From contig JBBIRS010000009.1 of NCBI GenBank assembly GCA_037441675.1, forward strand, positions 19,644 to 83,643: a stretch of DNA of 64,000 nt, given 5' to 3'. The notes below the pieces were generated by a model. The model was not told where the DNA came from, ran no database searches, and saw nothing but the letters and a program-made list of their open reading frames with translations. This DNA comes from Planctomycetales bacterium. Lineage in GTDB: Bacteria > 4484-113. Both the position numbers and the translations under genes were made by a program. Below, piece after piece: positions 29,534 through 39,230 of this stretch (position 1 is its first letter; the number at the start of each line of letters is the position of its first letter).

Positions 29534-30496
29534 ATGGCTAATTCACTTCAGTTTGTAAAACGACTAACTTTGGTTAGCGGTAACGCTAATAGGAAATTAG
29601 CGGAGGACATTGCAAAGGTTCTTGGGGTTGAGCTTAGGAGAATGACCGTTGATCGTTTTCACGATGGAGAAACTCGGGTAAAAGTTGAAGAGAGTATCAG
29701 AGGCGATGATGTTTTTGTAGTTCAACCCACTAGCCCGCCAGTTAATGAAAACCTAATGGAGCTACTAATAATGATAGACGCAATCTCCAGGGCCAGTGCG
29801 CATAGGATTGCGGCGGTTATTCCCTATTACGGGTATTCAAGGCAGGACAAGAAGATCAAACCACGCGAGCCGATTAGCGCAAGATTAGTGGCAAATATCA
29901 TTGAGGTTGCAGGCGCTGATAGGGTTCTTGTAATGGATTTTCACAGTGGGGCTCTTCAAGGCTTCTTCAACATTCCAGTTGATCATCTCTCCGCTATGCT
30001 CCTCTTCAGCAAGCATATACAAAACAGTGGTTTTTCCGCTGAAGACAGCGTTATGGTTAGCCCGGACGTTGGCGGAGTGGCACGCGCCAGCGAAGTCGCC
30101 AATCGACTTGGATTTCCCCTCGCCATCATTGCGAAACGCAGACCTGAACCAAATGTAGCAGAGGTGGTTGAGGTAATTGGTGAAGTAGCAGGCAAAGACT
30201 GCATCCTTTACGATGATATGGTTGACACGGGTGGAAGCATTGTTCAAGGCGCAAATATGTTGATGGAACGAGGTTCAAAGCGCATTTGGGTCTACGCTAC
30301 TCACGGCATCCTTTCTGGAGATGCTGTAAAACTAATTGAGAATAGCCCCATTGAAAGGCTTGTGATAACTGATACTATTGCCCTTCCCCCTGAGAAGCGC
30401 ATTCCAAAAATTGAGGTTGTTTCCACCGCAGAAATTTTCGCTGAAGCGATTCTAAGAGGCTTTAGAGATGAAAGCATAAGCACCCTCTTCGGCTAG
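29534..30496 (+). CDS. prs: Ribose-phosphate pyrophosphokinase (ORF track start 29489)
   Basis: F.DGE, PYYGYSRQDKK, SPDVGG, DDMVDTGG, ATHG; GAGG upstream of ATG 29534. Confidence 0.97.
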   Translation: MANSLQFVKRLTLVSGNANRKLAEDIAKVLGVELRRMTVDRFHDGETRVKVEESIRGDDVFVVQPTSPPVNENLMELLIMIDAISRASAHRIAAVIPYYGYSRQDKKIKPREPISARLVANIIEVAGADRVLVMDFHSGALQGFFNIPVDHLSAMLLFSKHIQNSGFSAEDSVMVSPDVGGVARASEVANRLGFPLAIIAKRRPEPNVAEVVEVIGEVAGKDCILYDDMVDTGGSIVQGANMLMERGSKRIWVYATHGILSGDAVKLIENSPIERLVITDTIALPPEKRIPKIEVVSTAEIFAEAILRGFRDESISTLFG

Positions 30497-30616
30497 CGAA
30501 ATTTTCCAATCGTTCCTCATATAAGCCTCATATAAGAAAACACCAGCTTCTAGCGGTGTTAAAGTTTACTCAAGAACTTCGCGGAATAATGGTATTTAAT
30601 ATTGATCTAACAGTAC

Positions 30617-31657
30617 GTGTCTTTTAGAAACTTTGATAAAATATCGGGGAAATTCTATATGCCAAACGAAGTTATTCTCCTTGGTCCTGAAAACTTAAAA
30701 GCTAAACATAGAGTAATAGAGCTTACTTCAATCAAGGAAGCTGATGGCAATTTCCAAATTTCCTACCATATACATAATCCCTTTACTGGAAAACATCATT
30801 ACTTTGACTTAACAGTCCCCAAGGAAGTAACGCCAATAGACCCAATCTGGGATGAGATTACTAGAAAGTTTGATGAGCTTTTCGTAAGAAAGGAAAACTC
30901 GCTCGTTTATCGGGACATACTAAGAACCCTTGTAATTGAAGAAATTTATAAACGCACGAAGAAACCACCAAAGCGAGAGGTAGTGGAAAAACCTACCACT
31001 TTGAAAGAAGCACCTCCAAAGGATGAGCGTAGCCAGAAGTTTGCGACCCTTGTCGATCTCACAAAGAAGATAGCGGAGATGAATGCGATAGTTGAGTCGG
31101 AATCGCAACCTGAAAGTGAGAGGAAGAAGGCGGAGATACGGCTAAAGGCATTCAGCGCAAAGGCTGAGACTATAGCGAAAGAACTTGGCATTGACCTCTC
31201 AAAGCCACTGCCGGAGAAACTACCAGAAGAGCCAGCGGGAGATGACCTGACCAAACGATATGAAGCATTAAAGGTGCTAGCTGCGAAGATTCAAGAGATG
31301 GAAAAACTAGTTCAGGATGAATCTCAACCTGAGAGCGAGAGAAAGAAGGCAGAGATCCGCTTAAAAGCTTTCAGAACCAAAGCGGAAACGGAGGCAAAGG
31401 AGCTTGGCGTTGATATATCAAAGCCTCTGCCGGAAAGTTTGTCATCAACCGGCGAAATCGAGATCGCAGAATCAAAAGATGAGAAGCTTAAGCTCATCAA
31501 ATCCTTGATGGAAAAGATCAAGGAAATGGAGGGGATAGCTGAAGATGAGACTCAACCTGAAAGCGAGCGGGAAAAGGCGAAAATCAGAGCGCGCGCATTT
31601 AGGACAAAGGCTGAGAAAGAGGCAGAATCCGCAGGCATTGATATCAATAGTCTTTAG
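30617..31657 (+). CDS. Hypothetical protein with three C-terminal helical repeats
   Basis: KI.EM...v.dE(S/T)QPESER.KA.IR..AF..KAE..A...GID occurs three times, 73 and 76 aa apart. Confidence 0.8.
   Translation: MSFRNFDKISGKFYMPNEVILLGPENLKAKHRVIELTSIKEADGNFQISYHIHNPFTGKHHYFDLTVPKEVTPIDPIWDEITRKFDELFVRKENSLVYRDILRTLVIEEIYKRTKKPPKREVVEKPTTLKEAPPKDERSQKFATLVDLTKKIAEMNAIVESESQPESERKKAEIRLKAFSAKAETIAKELGIDLSKPLPEKLPEEPAGDDLTKRYEALKVLAAKIQEMEKLVQDESQPESERKKAEIRLKAFRTKAETEAKELGVDISKPLPESLSSTGEIEIAESKDEKLKLIKSLMEKIKEMEGIAEDETQPESEREKAKIRARAFRTKAEKEAESAGIDINSL
31064..31657 (+). repeat. Three diverged intragenic repeats (periods 219 and 228 nt)
   Basis: Equivalent ATG codons at 31079, 31298 and 31526; shared CAACCTGA.AG.GAG.G core. 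Confidence 0.85.
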
Positions 31658-31665
31658 AGGGATAT

Positions 31666-32055
31666 ATGCAAGTTAAGAAGTCTCATAGAAAGAAAAATAG
31701 AGTTAGGAGCGAAGTTTGCCAGGAAGAAGTTCTTCATCACCAAGCGATTAGGCGGGTAACGGAACGCTTTCCATCTGAAAGCGTCTTCCTTAGAATGAGC
31801 GAATTCTACAAAGCCTTTTCCAGCCCATCTAGGGTCAAGATTCTATCCGCCCTATCCGCTAGCGAGCTTTGCGTATACGATATTGCCAGCATACTGAAAC
31901 TTTCCCCATCCGCCGTGTCACATCAACTCAATTTACTTAAAACTCTGCGACTTGTAAAATCAAGAAGAGATCGTAAACAGATTTATTACAGCCTGGATGA
32001 TGAGCATATACTCGCCATTCTGGCAATCGCAAGGGAGCATCTTGCGGAAAAATAA
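31666..32055 (+). CDS. ArsR/SmtB family metal-sensing repressor (SmtB/ZiaR/CadC-like)
   Basis: ELCVYDIA, SAVSHQL, alpha5 site D-x-H-x10-H-x2-E, N-terminal Cys/His. Confidence 0.93.
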   Translation: MQVKKSHRKKNRVRSEVCQEEVLHHQAIRRVTERFPSESVFLRMSEFYKAFSSPSRVKILSALSASELCVYDIASILKLSPSAVSHQLNLLKTLRLVKSRRDRKQIYYSLDDEHILAILAIAREHLAEK

Positions 32056-32304
32056 CTCTCCAGCTGAAAATCCCTTCCTTTTTGAAATGGCACTGAAAGA
32101 AATTAAAAGCTACTTACTTCTTCTTAGCCGAAGAAATGGTATAAAGAGGCAACTGGATTAACCCTTCGATATTATGCTTAATAATACTTTCAGCGATTTA
32201 TAACCAGCCAAAGACGCAGACTAAAAATGATGAAAAACTCTGTTACTACGAAGTTTCCTCGTAGGTATGCTAAAATTTGCTTATCTCAAAAAGGAGAGCT
32301 AAAT

Positions 32305-34377
32305 TTGGCTAAAAGAATTTTCATTTCTTTTTTAATCCTCACTTTTGTAATCCTCACTGCAATATCATCCTCTAAAGCAAATCGCTATGAAGAACTTTTG
32401 GGAGAATACACATCAACTTTTGAAAAGGCACTCGCCCAGGTAAATTTAACTTTATCAGATGTAACCTTTGACATTAACGATAGAAATATTTGGGGTGGCG
32501 ATAAGTTCCGCCTTAGGTTCTTTGACACGCTTATCGAAAATCCGTTCAAGATAAGAAAATACATTCCGCTAATTGCGGATAACGCGGTTACTAATGCGGG
32601 CGATTTGCCAATGCTAATTACAATTGCACAGAGCAGGCTGAACTACGGGATTAGGCTCGGGTTAGTATCAGATCCGCTTGAATTATATAAGAAGAAACTT
32701 GAAGAGACGCTTCCCGAAAATTACTTGATTGACGGTATTAGTTCTCTATACAAGGTCACAAACCAGTCTCTAACTGACACAGAGCGCTCTTACATAACCC
32801 AGACGAGCACGGGTATTCCAGTTGAGTTAGGCAAGTCAACCGCTCTATTTCTCTACGCGCTTGCGGATATTATTACTTATCGGAATTTTGCACTTAAATC
32901 CGTAAGTGATTTCATTCAGAAGAGCGAAATAACTGACACTGTTGACACTTTCGTGCGCTCCGCTGCTGAGGAAATTGAGAATGAAGCTTTGGAGAAAGAC
33001 TTAGGTTTTGCGTACTTCACTGAGTATTTACTGGATAACTTTGACTTTAACTACCTGAACACTGGTGGGGAACTGCTAGCATTTGTGACCAAGGAAATGC
33101 TTAATCAACTTACTACCTCCGAGTTTAAGGGCGAATTTAGCTTCACCTTTGAAACACCCTATGGCGTAATCGCTTTGAATGGAAATCAGCAGGATAGTTA
33201 CGCATCTGGAATGCCTTACCTTCTAGTTATAGATACGGGAGGAAATGATACTTACTTTGGTGGGGCTGGAAATGTTTCTATGCAAAACCCAGTAAGCGCA
33301 TTAATAGACCTAAAAGGCGACGATGTATACCAAAATGAAGAAAGACTTATTCCTTCCTTTGGGGCGGGAGTTTTTGGCTACGGTTTTCTTTTTGATCTTG
33401 ATGGCAAGGATAGCTACTCATCCGAATTTGTATCACAGGGCGCGGGCATCTTCGGCGTTGGCGTCTTGTTTGATAAAGCGGGAAATGATACTTACAAGGG
33501 AGTTTCGAACGTTCAGGGCGCTGGAACTTACGGAACTGGTATTCTCTCTGACATTGGAGGTAATGATTACTACGAGTGCTACCAGCTTGGTCAGGGCTAC
33601 GGCTTTACCAAAGGCGTAGGCTTGCTTCTTGATTCATCTGGCGATGACAGATACACCGCCAATGATACGGACATTCGTTTTCCCTCATCGCAAACCAAGG
33701 AGCATAACTCATCGCTTGCGCAGGGATGCGGATTTGGAAGGCGTAACGATTATCTTACTGGACACTCCTGGGCAGGCGGTATTGGAATGCTTTTTGATGT
33801 GGTGGGAAATGATAACTACTCCTGTGGGGTTTTTGGCCAGGGCGTCGGGTATTGGTATGGAACTGGAATCCTTTTAGATAAAGCTGGAGATGATACTTAT
33901 AAGGGGATATGGTACGTTCAGGGCGCATCCGCTCACTTTGCGCTTGGAATTGTTGAAGACTTGGAAGGAAGTGACAGGTACACTGCAAGCATGAATATGG
34001 CGCAGGGCGCGGGACACGACTTCTCCATCGGCTGGCTACACGATAGCTCCGGTAATGACACCTACAAAGCTCCGAATTTATCCCTCGGGGGGGGTAACGC
34101 CAATGGCATAGGCATCTTCTGGGACGAGAAGGGAGATGATAGCTACACCTCAAGCGGAACAACTCTTGGCAAGGCAAATCCACCCGGCGGGGGTTTGAGG
34201 GATATTATCATCTGCCTTGGATTGTTCGCTGATACGGGCGGGAACGATACCTACCCCGCAGATGTGCCTATTGCTGGAAACAACAAGAGCTGGTCTCAAT
34301 TTGGTGAAACTGAGGGTAAAAGGTTACCTGCGGTCAAAGGCGTGGGAATTGACACAATAGTAGTTGGCTCATTGTAA
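32305..34377 (+). CDS. Exported protein with many D-x-x-G-x-D-x-Y / QG-x-G repeats (ORF track start 32227)
   Basis: AGGAG then TTG at 32305, signal peptide; roughly a dozen GxDxY units in the C-terminal half. Confidence 0.75.
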   Translation: MAKRIFISFLILTFVILTAISSSKANRYEELLGEYTSTFEKALAQVNLTLSDVTFDINDRNIWGGDKFRLRFFDTLIENPFKIRKYIPLIADNAVTNAGDLPMLITIAQSRLNYGIRLGLVSDPLELYKKKLEETLPENYLIDGISSLYKVTNQSLTDTERSYITQTSTGIPVELGKSTALFLYALADIITYRNFALKSVSDFIQKSEITDTVDTFVRSAAEEIENEALEKDLGFAYFTEYLLDNFDFNYLNTGGELLAFVTKEMLNQLTTSEFKGEFSFTFETPYGVIALNGNQQDSYASGMPYLLVIDTGGNDTYFGGAGNVSMQNPVSALIDLKGDDVYQNEERLIPSFGAGVFGYGFLFDLDGKDSYSSEFVSQGAGIFGVGVLFDKAGNDTYKGVSNVQGAGTYGTGILSDIGGNDYYECYQLGQGYGFTKGVGLLLDSSGDDRYTANDTDIRFPSSQTKEHNSSLAQGCGFGRRNDYLTGHSWAGGIGMLFDVVGNDNYSCGVFGQGVGYWYGTGILLDKAGDDTYKGIWYVQGASAHFALGIVEDLEGSDRYTASMNMAQGAGHDFSIGWLHDSSGNDTYKAPNLSLGGGNANGIGIFWDEKGDDSYTSSGTTLGKANPPGGGLRDIIICLGLFADTGGNDTYPADVPIAGNNKSWSQFGETEGKRLPAVKGVGIDTIVVGSL

Positions 34378-34565
34378 CTTCCATTTTGATATCCCTCCGC
34401 GCTCTTTTTCAGAGTTTCCAGACGCGCTGATTCATCTGAAGAATACGGATTATCCCATTTCTTGAGATATGGGTTTATCTCACGCTGAATTTCCTGAGAG
34501 GGGAGACTAGATATTTACCGCTTGTGCTTTAGTTGAATCATCCTCTATGCTAGAATGAGTTTCAA

Positions 34566-35669
34566 TTGATGAGTCGACTGGATAAGCTCGCCCTCATTGA
34601 ACTTTTGCCAGCATTCACTTACTCCCTCTTTGCGTTTATAGTACTTGTCATTCTCGCAGGAGTGATGAAGCCTGTAATTGAGATAATGACCAAGTATGGT
34701 GTTGGTGGAGACGTGGTTCTTAAGTACTTTTTTCTAGCGCTACCACAATGGATTGTATTCACGTTCCCAATGGCTGTCCTTACTGGGACAATGATGGCAG
34801 TCTCCGCCCTTTCTAGCCATTTTGAAATTGTAGCGGTTCGAGGAGTTGGCATCAGTTTGGTGCGATTTACACTGCCCTTCGTTGGGTTTGCCCTACTTAT
34901 CGTAGGCTTCACGTTTCTCTTAAACGAGAAGGTCGCTCCCTACACAAATAGAATGCTTCAAGACCTAGAAAGGGATATAGTCCTTGGCAAAACGGGAAAG
35001 ATTGAGGAGGACCTCGTCAACCTTAGGTTAATGCAGGGCGGTAAATTAAGATACTTTCTCGTAGCGGATAAGCTACGTGGAAACTCACTTACACGGGTCA
35101 ACCTTTTTTCATTTAATCCAGAGAAAGAAAGTGAGAATTTTTATCTTCGCTCAGAAAACGCAACCTGGACGGGCGACCGCTGGCAATTCTTTAATGGCAT
35201 CGTCTACAACTTTCAGCCTGACGGAACAGTAATAACTACGAAATTTGCTTCAACAGTGGCGGAGGAATTTGCGATGACACCAAGGGAAATTTCAAAGCTA
35301 AGCCGAGACCCAAGCGAACTCACCATAAGCGAGCTCAAGGATGTTATCAGGCATTTCAAAGAAGAGGAAAGATTGACCTCATCACAACTTCTCAGGTTCC
35401 AGGTTGATTACTTCTTCAAGTACTCAATCCCACTCTCGCCAATCTTCTTCGTTCTAATTGCAGTTCCACTTGCGATTGTTCCAGTGCGGACTACCACCGC
35501 TGTAGGAATGGGATATTCCATCTTGATTCTGCTTTTGTATATTTTTCTTATTATAATCTGTACTCAGGCTGGCAGAGGCGGGCTTATCCCACCAGCTCTC
35601 GCCGCATGGATACCGAACATTTCTGTGCTCTTAATCGGTGTGTGCCTGATTTGGCTTAAGAATAAATAA
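34566..35669 (+). CDS. LptF/LptG family permease
   Basis: 3 TMs, periplasmic domain, 3 TMs; P.AVL.G, EIVAVRG.GIS, IPP.LAAWIPN. Confidence 0.9.
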   Translation: MMSRLDKLALIELLPAFTYSLFAFIVLVILAGVMKPVIEIMTKYGVGGDVVLKYFFLALPQWIVFTFPMAVLTGTMMAVSALSSHFEIVAVRGVGISLVRFTLPFVGFALLIVGFTFLLNEKVAPYTNRMLQDLERDIVLGKTGKIEEDLVNLRLMQGGKLRYFLVADKLRGNSLTRVNLFSFNPEKESENFYLRSENATWTGDRWQFFNGIVYNFQPDGTVITTKFASTVAEEFAMTPREISKLSRDPSELTISELKDVIRHFKEEERLTSSQLLRFQVDYFFKYSIPLSPIFFVLIAVPLAIVPVRTTTAVGMGYSILILLLYIFLIIICTQAGRGGLIPPALAAWIPNISVLLIGVCLIWLKNK

Positions 35670-36058
35670 AGAGCCACCGCCTCATTCTAATCCTTCAAAC
35701 GAGTATCTCTCAGCTCTCAGCTTTTTTGAGTAACACATCAATCGCACGCTTAGTTAGTAGCTTAAGGGCAAATGGTTCATGAACTATTATCTATCCATCG
35801 ACAAATTTTCTCATGCTCGGCTTTATTTTCACTGAAAGCCCTCAATAAATCCAACCACAAATACGCACTCATCGTTGAATTGTATTTCTCCTTAAAAAGT
35901 ACTCTAGATGCCACTCTCGCCATCACTAGCGCCAGTTCGTATCGTGTAAAAGGGCGGACTGCTCATATGCCTTTAACGCTCAAGTCTGAATATCTCTTAC
36001 AAATTATAACTTCATAGCTTCTGAGAATACTTCCGCAAATTTCTAGAAATTGAAATTT

Positions 36059-36082
36059 TTGCCAGTGGCTGGAAACTGGCAA
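36059..36082 (-). terminator. Hairpin downstream of the malic enzyme gene
   Basis: TTGCCAGT-8 nt-ACTGGCAA about 22 nt past the stop; weak U tract. Confidence 0.4.
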
Positions 36083-36104
36083 TCCCAGTTGGAAATGAGT
36101 CTCT

Positions 36105-37547
36105 CTAGACGTGGTAAATGCTCGTTCCCTTGGGCATTCTTCTGGCGAGCCCAGACTTATGCGCAGACCTTGCCACCGCAGTTGCCACGTGCTTGAAGAC
36201 TTTCCGATTGAAGACGCTTGGAATTATGTAATCTGCGGATAGCTCATCTTTTCCAACAATATTTGCGATGGCGTATGCGGCAGAGTGCTTCATATCTTCA
36301 TTTATGTCCCTCGCTCGGGCATCAAGCGCCCCGCGAAATATCCCCGGAAAGGCTAGCACATTATTTATCTGATTTGGATAATCGCTTCTACCTGTGGCAA
36401 TAATTGACGCTATTCCTTCACAATCCTCTGGCATAATTTCTGGCACGGGATTGCTCATCGCAAAGATTATCGGCTCCTTATTCATCTTTTTAATATCCTT
36501 GCGAGTAAGTAATCCTGGACCTGAAAGACCTAAGAACATATCCGCATCTTCTAGAACTTCCTTCAAGCTTCCCTTTTCCATTTTGGGATTAGTGTTATCA
36601 GCTACCCACATTTTAGCCTTGTTGTCTCCAACATCCCTGCCCTTGTAGATTGCGCCTTTTCTATCGCAAACGATGATGTTGCCAATTCCAAACTCTTTCA
36701 AAGTTTTAGTGCAAGCAATTCCGGATGCGCCAGCTCCGGATACAACAAGCTTCATCTTTGAAGGATTCTTCTTGGTGATTCTTAAGGCGTTGATTAGACC
36801 TGCAAGGACAACTACTGCTGTTCCATGCTGGTCATCGTGAAACACGGGTATATCTAGCTCGCGCTTCAAAGTTTCTTCAATGTAAAAACATCTTGGAGCA
36901 GAAATGTCCTCTAGGTTTATTCCGCCAAAACTTGGAGCGATCCACTTGCAGAATTTGATAATTTCATCAGGGTCTTCAGTTGCGATACAAAGAGGAAAAG
37001 CGTCAACACCGCCAAACTCCTTGAACAAAATAGCTTTGCCCTCCATAACGGGCATCGCCGCCGCAGCGCCTATGTTTCCAAGCCCTAGAACTGAGCTACC
37101 ATCTGAAACCACCGCAATGCAGTTCTTGCGAATGGTGAGGTTGAAGGAAGTCTTGTAGTCGTCATATATTGCCATACATACACGAGCCACACCAGGAGTG
37201 TATGCCATTGACATATCCGCTCGAGTCTTAAGCGGAACCTTGGAATGAACCTCCAATTTTCCTCCAAGGTGCATCAGAAATGTATCATCTGAGACGGAAT
37301 GAACTGTAACCCCCTTTATCCGCTGAATCGCCCTGATGACTTCCTCCGCATGCTCAGTGGATGAGCACTCAATTCCATAGTCCCTCAGGCTCTTGCCATT
37401 GCGAATCTGCACGAGGTCAATCGCGTGAATTACTCCACCTGCCTTGCCAATAACACCACTTATCTTTGATATCCAGCCGGGCGCATGCGGGCATTCTATC
37501 CTCATGGTTATCTCATACTGCGCGCTTGGAGTGATTCTTGATACCAT
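36105..37547 (-). CDS. NAD(P)-dependent malic enzyme with N-terminal ACT domain
   Basis: AYTPGVA, GLGNIG, VMEGKA, INLEDI, FHDDQHGT, GAGASG, NQINNVLAFPG. Confidence 0.95.
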   Translation of the reverse strand: MVSRITPSAQYEITMRIECPHAPGWISKISGVIGKAGGVIHAIDLVQIRNGKSLRDYGIECSSTEHAEEVIRAIQRIKGVTVHSVSDDTFLMHLGGKLEVHSKVPLKTRADMSMAYTPGVARVCMAIYDDYKTSFNLTIRKNCIAVVSDGSSVLGLGNIGAAAAMPVMEGKAILFKEFGGVDAFPLCIATEDPDEIIKFCKWIAPSFGGINLEDISAPRCFYIEETLKRELDIPVFHDDQHGTAVVVLAGLINALRITKKNPSKMKLVVSGAGASGIACTKTLKEFGIGNIIVCDRKGAIYKGRDVGDNKAKMWVADNTNPKMEKGSLKEVLEDADMFLGLSGPGLLTRKDIKKMNKEPIIFAMSNPVPEIMPEDCEGIASIIATGRSDYPNQINNVLAFPGIFRGALDARARDINEDMKHSAAYAIANIVGKDELSADYIIPSVFNRKVFKHVATAVARSAHKSGLARRMPKGTSIYHV

Positions 37548-37582
37548 TCTTAGCCCTCCTTTTCACATAAATTCTACCATAT

Positions 37583-37600
37583 TTGTGAAAATCGTCACTA
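37583..37600. promoter_or_regulatory. Rex-like (or CRP-like) site in the malic enzyme promoter
   Basis: TTGTGAA-AATC-GTCACTA versus Rex TTGTGAA-N4-TTCACAA; lies just upstream of minus-strand TGgTAGAAT (37571-37579). Confidence 0.45.
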
Positions 37601-37882
37601 ACTTTTAGCCAAATGACGAATGATGAAATTTCTGCTAGAAGTTTCATTCAAACTTTAGCCCTTACAATAATGCGACTGAGAACATTGACGCTGAATTACC
37701 AAAAGGGAACATTGCAAGACTTCCAAATTAAGCTAGTTTGTCCCCTAGTCGCATCCCGCGAAGTTTAGCCCAAGGTTGACGCCTTTTTCTCGTGTTTCAA
37801 GGATATGAGAAACAAATGGCTTTCAGTTTAAGAACTATAACGCAAGTTCCGTTAAAGAATTGTTCACAGGGAGGTAAGAAAG

Positions 37883-39055
37883 CTATAAGGATGAAACGAG
37901 CTCGTCAATAACTTCAAGGAAGTAATCAATATCGTTGTCAGGGGTGAGAAAGGCGGGGCTGACGCGGACAGCGCCTCCTCTCTCCGCAGTGCCGAAAAAC
38001 TCGTGTGACATTGGTGAGCAATGAAGCCCCGCGCGATTTGCGATATGGTAATGCTCCGCTAGAATTGTCCCGATATCGGATGGCTCGTGACCATCAATGT
38101 TGAAAGAGATCGGACCGCAACGCAAAGAACTATCCTGAGGACCTACAACGCTTATCCCTGGCAACTCTTGCAGATGGTTAAGGATTCTCTTATGCTTCTC
38201 TGAAGTAATATACTGTATTCTATCTAAGCCTGTATCAAAGATAAAATCCAGAGAGGCGTCAAGAGCAATTATTCCAAGAACGTTTGGAGTTCCAGATTCG
38301 TAGAAGGTGGGCATTTCATTCGGCAGGTCGTAGAGCTGACTGAGTTTGCCAGTCCCCCCAACTCTAAGAGGTTCAGGTCTGATCCCATCACGGAGGAAGA
38401 GAATTCCTGTGCCAGGAAGGCTCAGCAGAGATTTATGTCCGGGGGCAGCAAGTATTGAGATGTTCATCTCTTCAACATCTATATGATGGCAACCTGCGGA
38501 CTGAGCAGAGTCCACCATAAATGGCACCCCGCGAGCACCTGCAACCATTCCAATTTCCTTTAGCGGTTGAATTGTCCCGGAAACGTTGCTTATATGGTTC
38601 ACGCAAATTAGCTTTGTTCTTTCACTTATGAGCCCCTCTATTGCCTCGGGGATAACTATACCGTTTTCATCTGAAGGAATTGGGCAGAATTTAATGTTGC
38701 GCTGTTTCTTTAAGTAGTGAAGAGCCCGTGAAACAGCATGATGCTCTAAATGAGAAATTAGAATCTCGTCGCCATCATTCAGAAGTCCGAAGAGCGCGAG
38801 GTTAATGCCATCAGTGGCGGAGTAAGTAAATATTATGTTATGAGGGTTTTTAACATTAAAGAGCTTAGCAAGTTTCACCCGAGTTCTGGCTACAATTTCG
38901 TCTGGATTAATTTTCGAGAAATAACTTCCTCTTCCTACAGTTAAGCCAACTTCCCGAACCGCCTCACTAACCGCAAGATTAACTATTTCAGGTTTCGGAT
39001 ACGACGTTGAAGCGTTATCCAAATACACCTGTCCCTCATTAATACTCACGCCCAT
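37883..39055 (-). CDS. Cysteine desulfurase-family class V PLP enzyme (ORF track start 39112)
   Basis: YLDNASTSYPKP, EHH, DSAQSAG, PGHK, ESGTPN, RAGLHC; AAGGAG before ATG 39055. Confidence 0.9.
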   Translation of the reverse strand: MGVSINEGQVYLDNASTSYPKPEIVNLAVSEAVREVGLTVGRGSYFSKINPDEIVARTRVKLAKLFNVKNPHNIIFTYSATDGINLALFGLLNDGDEILISHLEHHAVSRALHYLKKQRNIKFCPIPSDENGIVIPEAIEGLISERTKLICVNHISNVSGTIQPLKEIGMVAGARGVPFMVDSAQSAGCHHIDVEEMNISILAAPGHKSLLSLPGTGILFLRDGIRPEPLRVGGTGKLSQLYDLPNEMPTFYESGTPNVLGIIALDASLDFIFDTGLDRIQYITSEKHKRILNHLQELPGISVVGPQDSSLRCGPISFNIDGHEPSDIGTILAEHYHIANRAGLHCSPMSHEFFGTAERGGAVRVSPAFLTPDNDIDYFLEVIDELVSSL

Positions 39056-39230
39056 AGAATCGCTCCTTTGGGTAAAGCATTTATAAATTCTGCTCGACTC
39101 ACAGAGAAACAAAGGCTTAAATTTAAGGTAAACACAAAACCCTCTTTAGGAATAAAAATTCAGCCTTTTACAAGTATACCTAATGCAACTACATGTCAGA
39201 CTATGATAGCTGGTAAAATGTGAAACTGCA

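Noticed and set aside
35772..36017. 81-aa ORF between lptF/G and the malic enzyme gene
   Set aside because: No convincing SD or motif, and composition is unlike the real genes.
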